Shown: positions 49,954-60,100 of the stretch, piece after piece | Position numbering within the stretch: position 1 is the first letter of the stretch | Layout: each line of letters starts with the position of its first letter | Source of the DNA: Raillietiella orientalis | Taxonomy: Eukaryota | Reading direction: 5' to 3' | Length of the DNA stretch: 64,000 bases | Assembly (NCBI GenBank): GCA_036172245.1 | Contig: JAYWIR010000005.1 | Coordinates: 1,612,001-1,676,000, forward strand | Program-made: the position numbers and the translations under genes | The notes under the pieces: generated by a model | The model's input: the letters and a program-made list of their open reading frames with translations, nothing else | Databases searched by the model: none | Told to the model about the DNA's origin: nothing

Positions 49954-52035
49954 ACCCGTGCCTATCGTGAAGCATACCGTGAAGATCCCGGACCTTCTCG
50001 CATCGGGATGCGAGAAGACCCGGGATCGGGGAAGTAATCGGGGAAGGCCCTCCACTTCCCCGATCCTGGGCCTTCTGGCCTTTCCCGCTTCGATTCAGCG
50101 GGAAGCCCTGCTGAACCGAAGCAGCTCGGGACCCCAGGCGACTGCGGGGTTCGCTACTTGGCACTTCGGTGCAGACACAGAGACCAGGAGGATAAAGGCA
50201 GCACGTGTTCCAATCGCCTGGACTGGATTTATGATCCTCTACTGGAGATGCGGAGGGCCCCGTGTTTGCGTGGATCGCCGCGCACGCATCACGTAATGAC
50301 ACATCATCGCGCACGATGCAAGCAGCTCTCAGGGAGTTGACATCTGCACGCGTCACACGTGAGGACTCTCGGAAGGCTTCGACGCAGGAGGTGCACGAGC
50401 AACGTGGAGGGAATGCAACTCGGCCGTGGTGTCGTGTTCTGTCGCACTTCACGAACTCTCAGGGCCGCCGCGTCTCGTAAAATGGTAGGGAATCCTCCAC
50501 GCTCTCTCCCTCTCTCCCCTCCCCTCTCTCCCTCTCTCTTGCGCGCGCGCTTCGACACGCGGCACGCTCTTGGCTCAAAGAGAAACGGGCCATCCTGAAG
50601 AGGTAGTTCTCGTGGCAGTTGGATGGATCTGGTGGCATCAAGAAGTCTCGCGAAATTGCTCCGAAAGCCGACGATTGCCCGTAGCATATTGTGAAGAGGG
50701 AAGGAGGGGTAGAAGGAGGTTAAGCACGTTGACCTCACGGCCTCACTAGTGTCTTGCATAGCATTTCGTGATCTGCGCATGGAGGGCGCAGACGTGGACC
50801 GGGGGAGTCGGCGGTCCACGGGGCGGAGAGCGAGCGGAAAAAAAAAAAAAAAAAAAAAGCAGGAGCGTTGTTCGGGGTAGGAAAGCGGCTTGGCTCTCTG
50901 TTTCCCCAAGAAGAAGAAGAACGCCAGAGGATGGGAAGAAAGGGAAACGACCACCTCTGGCAGGGGCAAGGCAAGACGGGAGGAACGTGGAAGACACAGA
51001 GGAAGCAATCGGCCATTTTGGAATCAGCGAGGCCATTCCGCTTCGTTATTCTACTCCAGAACACCTGTCAAATCCAATCGTGCTTTAATCTGTCTTCCGG
51101 ATTACAGTGTTCTGGGAACCGGTGCCCGACCCGTCTGGAGAGGAGCGATTTCCGACGCCGCATCCAAGACGCCCATTAGTTAAATTAATGATCACTTTTC
51201 CTTGAGCTATCACGGCACAAGAAGCGACCCTCCGGCGAAATTGCCGTGCTCCTTCAGTGACGTCAGTCCCGAGGAAAGACCCAGAGTGGCAGGATAGTGT
51301 TTCATCCTGGACAAACCCTGTCACTCTTCCCCCCTTTCCCCTCCCTTTTCCTCCTTTCTTTCTTTCTCTGGACGGTTCCGACATCGACGACCTGACGTCC
51401 GAAAACCCAAAATCGACAAGGGAGCAAGCAATGTGAGGGGGGATGATGATGCTTTGAGCCTGTTCCGAAGGCGAGGACAGTTCGTGTCCTCTCTGCTCTG
51501 CCGCATCGACTTGGACAGAAAGGCCGCGGTGGTCCAGAGGGGTTACAGGAGAGTAGGGGGGGGGGAGGGGGGGAAGATGTACAGGCCGTCACGCTTTCAT
51601 CATCGTCGTGGCGGGATGACAGTTCAAGAACGTGGCTCTCCTCTCGTCTACACAAGTTTGTATTTCGTAATTTGTGGGGGGAGGCAAGGAGGAAAGACTA
51701 TGCAAAAATGTTCTCGAAAGTGTAGAAAGGCGGAAAAAAAATAAAAGAACAAAAAAGGGAGGGGGAGGAATCAAGACTTGTCCCACACTTCCCCCCCCCC
51801 CTTCCTTCTTTTATTTATTTATTTTTTTCATATTCCTAAATACCAGTGGACGGACTGGACATGGCAGCGCCGAAGTGCTTGCGAGGTCGCGTTGTTAAAA
51901 ACCCCGTCGCCATTTTCGTTAGTGAGACGAACGAAAATGGCGACAACAATGCACGCGCACAAAAGGAAACGCCCCCCCCCCTCTTCCAAAAAAAAAGTCA
52001 AATATAAATGAATAAAGCAGGGGGGAAGGGGAAAA

Positions 52036-52160
52036 ACACATATACACACGCGCACTCACGCACGCACTCACACACACACACGCACACGCACACACACACA
52101 CACACAAAAAAAAAAAAGGAAAAAAAAAAAAAAAGGAAAAAAACAAGAAGAGAGAAATAA
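52036..52160 (+). repeat. (CA)n microsatellite followed by A-tracts, upstream of the noc-like gene
   Basis: Directly visible. Other microsatellites: (CTG)n 16777-16803, (GTC)n(GCC)n 18443-18487, (GA)n 45515-45535, and (GA)n/(CA)n 48330-48386. Confidence 0.9.
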
Positions 52161-52529
52161 CCAAAAGTGAAGGATGACAGGAAGCGAGAAGGAGCAAACA
52201 GAACGAAGGCAGGGAGAGAGCGATCGCCTCGGAAACTATCCGGAAGATTGATGACACTCGCATCCGAACTCAACAGGCCAGTGTCAATTACGTCCGGTAC
52301 ATGCCATCCGTCAAGGAGAGGCGCGTCCCCGCGCGCGCGCGCGCATGCGCGGAAGGGGCGGGGGGGGGAGGGCGCGCGGAGGAGAGCAGCCGCTCCGCGA
52401 GCCGCCCGCAGTTTGCGAGTGTCGTTGGAGGTGCGCGGTTATGCGTCGGCGCGTCTCTCGCTGCGTGTGCCAGCGCGTGCGACGCTCGTCGCGACGTCTG
52501 CGGGGTCCGTGATCGCCGCCGTATCCAGC

Positions 52530-53723
52530 ATGTTCATGCCAAGCAGGGACCAGTACCTCCCTCCCGACTACATGTCGCCCCTCCCCACCACGGTAAGCCC
52601 TTCTTCCACCATCTTCCCCTCTGACGAGAATCCGCTCGCCCTTTATGTCCAGCTCGACGCCAAGAAGAGCCCGCTGGCACTTCTGGCGCAGACCTGTAGC
52701 CAAATAGGAGCCGACACGGCGAATAACAAGCCCATCATCCCTCCTCTGGAGAAGATCGCCAGGGCGAAGGACGACGACCGCTACCGGAAGACCCTGAACG
52801 GGAGGGAGACGGACAGCAGGTCCTCGGGCGACCACAGCAAGAAGGAAACGCGCTCCCTGTCCGGGAGTTCCGCCGAAAATGCTTCCTCCCCTAAAAGTTC
52901 TCCCCCGGGCAAAGGAAGCGAAGGAAAGCTCGACTCGGGGAAACCTCGGTCCGTGAGCCCCACCAAGGCGTCCGAGACCCGGTCGGCCACCCCCATCATC
53001 CGCAGTGGCCTCGAGGTCCTACAGGGTTTTCCCAAAGAAATCCCATTGGGAGCTTATCGGCCCGGGTACTTGCCTCCCTTGCCGACCACGACCACGGCAG
53101 CGAGTGCGCTCTACTCCCCCGAGGGCAACCCATTTCTGAGGACCCCTCCTCTTAGCACGTCGTCCTTGCTAGACCCGAACTCCTACCTGGGTCTGACGAG
53201 GCTCAAGGCTGCGGACATGATCCTTCCGCTCTGCCGCGACCCCTCCTGCCGAGGCTGCCACTATGGCGCCACCGCCCACCTAGGACCTGTGGCCGTCTGC
53301 CCCGCGGGCTGCGCCCAGTGCACTCACCAGAAGTTCTACTCCCTGTTCCCCGCCCTCAGCAGCCCCCCTCCCGCCAGCGCGTACCTGTCTTCAGCGACCC
53401 AGCAGCAGCAGCAGCCGCACGTGTGCAACTGGATCTCGGGAGGATCTTACTGCGGCAAGCGCTTCGCCACGTCAGAGGAGCTGCTGCAGCATCTCAGGAC
53501 TCATACGAGCCTTGCAGGTGACCCCGCCGCCACCACCCCCTATGCAGGGGCCGCCGGTCCCTACCGTTCCTCCGTTTCGGACCTCCGGTATCACCCGTAC
53601 GGGAAGCCCACGTCGACCTCATCATTCGGGATACACTCTCCTCCGCACGTGCCAGGATTCCCCCTGTTGTACCCTTCGCTAGCCGCTTACTATGCACCTT
53701 ATTCCTCTTTGTACGGCCCCTAG
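52530..53723 (+). CDS. noc: NET-family (Noc/Elbow/Nlz/ZNF503-703) C2H2 zinc-finger transcriptional repressor; join(52530..52592,52653..53723), 377 aa. Whether it is noc or elB cannot be resolved by eye.
   Basis: The spliced translation reads MFMPSRDQYLPPDYMSPLPTT|LDAKKSPLALLAQTCSQIGAD, which contains the Sp motif. It continues with PIIRSGLEVL, the buttonhead-box-like CRDPSCRGC, CPAGCAQCTH, a single atypical C2H2 finger HVCNWISGGSYCGKRFATSEELLQHLRTH, and a Tyr-rich C-terminus with RYHPYGK. The phase-0 intron 52593-52652 has a GTAAGC donor, a CTGAC branch-like site and a TCCAG acceptor; removing it restores the conserved PLPTT-LDAKK junction. Confidence 0.95.
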   Translation: MFMPSRDQYLPPDYMSPLPTTVSPSSTIFPSDENPLALYVQLDAKKSPLALLAQTCSQIGADTANNKPIIPPLEKIARAKDDDRYRKTLNGRETDSRSSGDHSKKETRSLSGSSAENASSPKSSPPGKGSEGKLDSGKPRSVSPTKASETRSATPIIRSGLEVLQGFPKEIPLGAYRPGYLPPLPTTTTAASALYSPEGNPFLRTPPLSTSSLLDPNSYLGLTRLKAADMILPLCRDPSCRGCHYGATAHLGPVAVCPAGCAQCTHQKFYSLFPALSSPPPASAYLSSATQQQQQPHVCNWISGGSYCGKRFATSEELLQHLRTHTSLAGDPAATTPYAGAAGPYRSSVSDLRYHPYGKPTSTSSFGIHSPPHVPGFPLLYPSLAAYYAPYSSLYGP

Positions 53724-54175
53724 TTTCCATGACGCCGGCGGCGGCTCGTGTCCACTTGGTCCTCCCAGTCCCCACCACCAGCCCAACTTCGCTCGGTAGT
53801 CGGTCCTGTTGACCAAAAAAGGAGCTCGTGTGTGGCGCACCGCTCCCTTAAATCCAGCGAAGACCCCACCGCTGGGAAGGACAAGTCCATACCTGTGCTC
53901 CCCCTAGCCCACGGGAACTCTCCACAAGTTCAGTTAAGACACGTATGTTTTGTTTTCCGGGTCCACCGCAAGGCGACGCTCGTATGCGCAGTCTTTCTCA
54001 TAACGCGAAGTCTTTTTTTTTTTTTTTGATTTGACTTGATTTTTTTTTCTTCTGCTATAAACCGAATCGTTTGCTGGAGAGCCGTCCTATTTCGTCTGAC
54101 GACATCAGTGCGACGGATGGGGTGGGGGGAAAGGGGAAAAAAAAAAATATACGCATATATTCATACATTGGGTGC

Positions 54176-54181
54176 AATAAA
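54176..54181 (+). promoter_or_regulatory. Probable polyadenylation signal of the noc-like gene
   Basis: AATAAA about 450 nt after the stop codon, followed by a T/GT-rich stretch (TCCTGGTTTCTGTTATTTC). Confidence 0.5.
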
Positions 54182-57100
54182 TCCTGGTTTCTGTTATTTC
54201 ATTGGCTTCCGTCACTTCCTGTGTGGACGGACGCCGCGCGTCGTCCGTGGTGCTCGCGCTCGCGGTTTGCCGTGTGGCAGGTGGCGCAGTGGTGCCCTCG
54301 GCCACCGTCTTTCGGGCCACTGGTGCAGCAGAAGGGAAAGGGAGAGAAAGAGAGGGACTCGGGTTGCTCTTGCATGGCGGTGCCCCTGTGGTTGGGCTGC
54401 TCCACGCGCGGTGGCAATCTCGAAAGGTGCTTGCGCGCACGGTGTGTTGGATTCCTCTCCTCCTCCTCCTCCCCCCACCCCACCCCCGCACCCCACCCTT
54501 TCACGAGAGACGTCGCCGGTTCGGTCGGCTTTTTCGCCACCCCCGCAGTGCCTCCGCGCAGATCCGGATTCTCTCGGAGGACGAATTCCTTCCGCCCTCG
54601 CCGTGCAAATAGGACGCGGTTGCCGTCTCCCGCACTTCCAGGATCCCGTGGGGCTCGAATGGGGGGGGGCAGCAGCGACCTCTCTCCCGAGGTCGATCGG
54701 GAGGCGGCCGCCCCGTACCGATGAAGGAGGGGGGAAAGGGTGGCAGCGCCCCCTCCCCCGCGGGCAGAAGGACCGCCTCGTGGCGCGCACCCGCTCTCTT
54801 CGATTGTGGTGCGCGCGTGCGTGTTTCCTTTTTTTTTGTGTGTGTGTTCCTTCGCTCCTGCATCTGCCTCGGCGATCCCTCTAGGGAACAAAGGGTCATT
54901 CCTCGGGATCCCCTGCGCCACCCCTCCCGTGGAGGCGGGGAGAGCCCCCCCTAAGCTTCGCAACCGGCGACGCATGGCTAATCGGCGCGTCCGAGGGCAT
55001 CCACGAGGGCTTTCGGCGGATTTCGTGGGGAGGCGCGGCGTTCTCTCCGTGGCCTTTCCGCTGCGGCGGGCCGCGGCGTTCCCATCCCGGCGTGGCTTCC
55101 GTGCCCGGGCAACAGCTACGCGGGGAGGAACGCAGTGGAGGAGGAGGAGAATCTATTTCTCCTCCTCCCTTCCGACGGGAGGTTCTCCGACCACGCGGAA
55201 GCCACCCCCCACGGTCGCTGCCACGGTGCGCGCTTGGCCCCTCCCCCGTCCGTCTCGTCTTCCGCCCGAGCTCTTGTCGACGTGGCGAACCTTTTCCGCG
55301 CGTCGTGCGCGAGTCTGCCGCAGCAGCAGCAGCGAGCGCCTGGTGGGCGCGAGTCTTCCAGCCGCGTCGGACACGTGTGCAGGGCGCGCACACGTGGGCA
55401 GCGGTGCGCCGACGCTCCCTGGCGAGCGGATCCCCAGGACATCCTCTTTCCCGCTTCTGCCTGTCCGCCGTGCCGCGTCCCGGTGCAACCGACCCTAGCC
55501 ACCCACCCCACCACGCTCGCAACCACCGCGTGCGGAAAAAAAAAAGAAAGTTCGAGCGCTGCCCCGCGCGCAAGATGGCGGCGTTGAACGAGCAGCGCGG
55601 TGTGCGTGCGTGCGTGCGTGAACGGAGTGCAAATGCGTATGGAGGAGCTCCCGGGGGTCGCCTGTTTGGGTGCGCCGAAAGCAAACAAACAAACAAACAC
55701 GCGGGCCGGCACTCGTGAAAAGTGACCCGTGCTGCGCCCTGCGCGCAAGACGATCCTCAAGCGCGATGATGTTCGCGCCCGATTCGAACGTAAACATCCC
55801 CTTCCCCCCCACCACCCACCCACCCTCCCACCCCTGGCTGGGAGCGCGCGTGGACGGCGGCTTGCAGCAGACAAGTCGTCGGCCAGCTGCGCGTTCTTCC
55901 GCGCGCGCCGCGGACACAACGAACGTCCAAGGACGCCGCTGGCCCCGTTGCCTCGTGTCCGGTCAGCCACCTACTGCATCCCATCCAGGTTTTCCCGTGG
56001 TCCAGGGATGATACTGCATCGGGCGGGATGCTTCTTGCTGTCGAGAAGAGGCAGCCAGATCGTGTGCTCGTTACTCCACTATGATTATTTATTAGTACTC
56101 TTATCGTTTCCCGCCTTCCTTCGGCTCGCGCCGTGTCCTGCTTGTGCTGTGCCACGTCCAGGCATGTCTTCCCCTCTTCGGAGAAAAACAAGAGCTGGTG
56201 AGTGCGCTCCAGATGATGTATACGTCTCGCATCAGCCAACTATCGGAAATTTTGTATATTCGGGTCATTTTGGTTAATCTTCGTGATAGCCGTGAATGAA
56301 AAATAATACCAAGTATGCGCGAGCGATTCTCATTCATCATCTTCATGACAACAGCTAATTTTCCAGATGAAAAATGGACTGCATACACGGTCTCTCCGCG
56401 CGAATATATTGGCACTCTCGAAACGTCATAATCAATCATTCAAAAGAAAGAATTCCAGGAATACATGACAGAAATTTTATAAGCCCATCTTTGTGAAACT
56501 GCGGGGCAGTTGGCAGGCTTGCTCGTTAGCGAGTATTTTTCTCTCGGAACCGTTTCCTTTTTTCTGGACTCGCGCGAGAGAGGCTGGTTGCCGCTGGTAA
56601 CGGGAAAAAAGTGCTCGCCGTTCTCTCGCCCGCTTCGCCTACCGCCGCCCCATCTAACGTGCAGTCCGCGAGTTAGCGCGGAGCGGCCGCTTCTTTCTTC
56701 GCGCGCCCCTCTCCTCCGTGATCCCCCCGCAGCATCCTTTCGTGTGCCACCGCTGCGCTTCCTGGATTCACTGCACTCCGAAAATCTCGCCCTCTCGCGG
56801 AAGCTTCGATCCGCTCCGCTTCACTTCATTTCATCGGCTATTTTCGTGCTTTATTTATTTGTGCAAGAAGTCAGCTCGGACGGTGGCGCGCGCGTTTCCC
56901 TCCAGCGGACTCCGCGGAGTTTCGTCCTCGGGTCCCTGCGGGCGCAGGTGCGATTGGAGTTCGTTCGCCTGACGGTCGGGATGCTGTGTGTGCGTGGCGA
57001 TGGGTGGACCTTTGCGTCGTCCGGGAGTCGCACCATTGGGAGCGCGCCCTCTCTGTCCGCAAATAAAAACCAAAAGGAAAGCAAAAGAAGAAGGAAAAAA

Positions 57101-60100
57101 GAAGCCCTACAGGCAGTTTCACCCTGCCATCGGGAGTTGGCAGCTCCAGGTGGTTTCGGGGCGGTCTCGCCTCCGAGAAAGCACCGGACGTCGACGGCGA
57201 CACGTTTACCCTGGCCCTTTCCCCAGCTCCCGTTTCCGTCAGTCGGCGAGCGCCATCTCGTGTCGAGTGCGCGCGTCCCGAACGTCGCGGGGATATGGAC
57301 GGGATGAAGGATTTGTGGGTTTCTCTTCCCTTTCCCCTTCTCTCCCCCCCTCCCTCCTTTCCCTGCTCGGCCCGCTCTCTCCTGCGGCCTCTTGGCCGCC
57401 GCCCGTCGCGGCATAAACCCGAGAGGGCCTCGGGGCAGATGCGGAGTCGAGCGAGCGAGTCCCTGCTGAACGCGAAATCGGGAGAACCGGGTCCGGACGG
57501 CAATCGCCTGCTCCAGTCCCCTCCCCACCCACCCATCTATCGTTCCCCTTTCCGTTCCGGGATTTCCGTTGGTTCGCGCTGGGACCGGACGCGGCAGCAG
57601 CCAACTGCCGACTGGCGGCGACTTCACGCGACCCTGACTCGGTTGAGGGGGGAGCGCGTGCGCGGGGATGCGACTTCCGCGCCACCCCCTTTCGGTCAGG
57701 GCCGGGGAGGGGAGGGTGACCTGATTTCTGGGAGAGATCGCCGTTGCTCGTCGTCCTCATCCTCTAGAAGGGTGCCTGCCGCCGATGGTCCCTGCCGGGT
57801 CAGCGGCGGCAGCGGGGATCCCGGCGTTCTCCGGGGAAGCAAGCGGGGCGGCGGACCCTGCGCTTGGACCCGCATGACGTCATCGCTGTCTCCTCGCCCC
57901 GGGAGAGGGAGTGACGGGATAAAGGGGCCTCCTCGCTGTTTGCAGAACGAGAAGCGTGATGGATGGGACCCATTAAGGGTCAAAGGTCGGAACGCTCCGC
58001 TGTCGCGGACTTCCCCTGTTACGGCAATTAAGGGCTCTCTCGTCTCCGCGGGCGAACGCGGCAGAAGATTCGCGCGGCCTCCCAGCAAGAACTCGCGCGG
58101 GAACGGGGCGCCTTCCGTTCCCGCGCAGGAGCGCGCGCCTGCGTCGCGTTCCTTCGACGGGAGCGAAAAGGAAAGGAGATCGGCGTTCATCCGCGAGCGG
58201 CAGCGTGGTCAGTCGTCGCCCGAGGACGAGTGACACGCGAGCCGCCGGCTGCGTGCGCGCTTGTCGGAGGTCTGCAGGCAAGCGGCTCCCCGCTCCGCAG
58301 ACCAGCGCAGCGGAAGGCTGTCGCCCTCCCTCGCGTCCTGGGGCCGCCCGATCGGGGGAAGGAGGAACGTACCCTTTCAGAAAACACGTGCTTCCGTGTC
58401 CCCTGGCTGCTCCCGCATCTCACGGGCGCGGCCGCACGCCTGCCGGCCACGCCCGCTCGTTCTCCGGACCCAGAGAGGGGGCGCGCGGACTCCTCGGTCA
58501 GCGCACGCCCGAAAGGCCGCCGCCGAGGAATGCAGCAGGGCAGGTGGCGGCGGCATGGGTACGTGCGAGCGCTGCTTCGGCGCCAGATGAGAGCGCCGTT
58601 TTCCAGGTTGCAGTCTCCCGCTCCTCCGCCCCAGCCACCCGTCTCTCCAGAGGAGGACGCGCGGGCGGACCGTCATCAGACGAGCCGGCGGGGTCACGCG
58701 TGGCTGAGGAACACGTCGACGACCCCTTTGACGAGCGACTCGCGCGAGACACGCCCACCGCCATGTGCACCCCCACCGCGTGCCTCGTCAAAAGCTCTCG
58801 CTGAGGTCGATACCGCGCGCCGACGCTCTCTGGAACCTTCGCCCTCCCCCCCCTTCCTTCCCTCCCTCCCTCCCTCCCTCCCCTCGCCGCCCTTCTTCCT
58901 GTGGCACCGACGTGTCAGATCCCTGGAGTCAGCAAGGAAACTTTCGAAAACGAAAACCGCGCCGAGAGTTGCCAAAAATGTTCATTAGTTCCCGTACCCA
59001 TTGCAACATTCGGAATAAATGGGTGCTATAAATAACTCTGGATTGTCAGCACTTTTCAGCGACGATGAAATTTCAGCAATAGAAATACCAGCAGATGAAA
59101 TTATCCTCCATCGGATGTCTGTGTTTCGCAATTTGCCTGCTTTGCATCGGGGAAAAACAAGTGCGAGCGAGCGAGGCGATGCCGGTCGAGTGCCGCAGCC
59201 TCCTCCTCTCCCTCCCTGGAACCCCGCGCGGATCGCTCCCCCGTCTGGAAATTGTTTCGGAATGGCCTCTCCCGTTCCGGTGCGTGCCTCACCGGCCTTC
59301 CGGGAAGTCCTCCCGAGCGCGAAACGGGCAGTTGGGGGAGGGGGGGGGGAGCCGCCGAGTCCGCGCCGGAGCGACTCCTTCGGGATGGACGAGCCCCGGA
59401 ATCCGGGAAGGGAGGAGAGGGGGCTTTCCCGGAAGCGGGGGCCGCCACATCCAGGCCGGGTCCGCCCCTGCCCCTTCGCGGGAACCCGTCCCCGAAGAGC
59501 GTCTCCGTGATGAATTGGGAAGCGGCAGACCTTCCCGACATCGATTACTTAAGGAGTCTGTTTCCCATGCAGAGAATCAAAAACTCGCACGCACGCACGC
59601 ACGCACAAACAAACAAACAAACAAAGTGTGGCATCGACGACATTCCAGCTGCTAACGTAACCAAACCGACGTTGCTTGCATGTCGCTTACAAAGGAAGTG
59701 CCTCCTCCCCCCCCTCCCCCCCCCCCAAAAGAGAGGCAGCCACAACTGACATGTCAAGATGCGGGGAAGGGGAGGAGAAGAAATCGCCATGGGAAGCGCT
59801 TGCAAAAATCCCTATGAAAAACAAAGGCAGGAAAGATCGGAAGCCGCCGCGTTCGCGCGCGCACGAGGCGGGCGAGCCGCTGCTTGCGACGCGCCTTTCG
59901 CGCGCGCGCTCCCCCCGGCGCACTCCGAGAAGAGCGAGTGCCCTCCACAGCAGACAATGCACCCCACTGAGTCGGGATGATGCGCCGGACTGCTTGATTG
60001 ACACGATCATCCGCGTTCGAATTCCACAAACAGATTAAGGCTCCTCCCGTCCTCCGCGTAGCCACACGGGATCCCTTTTCGGGATGTCTCCGCGGAGAGC

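Noticed and set aside
52167..52529. 121-aa N-terminal extension of the noc ORF
   Set aside because: Family homology starts near Met 52530. The extension crosses CG repeats and promoter/5'UTR-like sequence.
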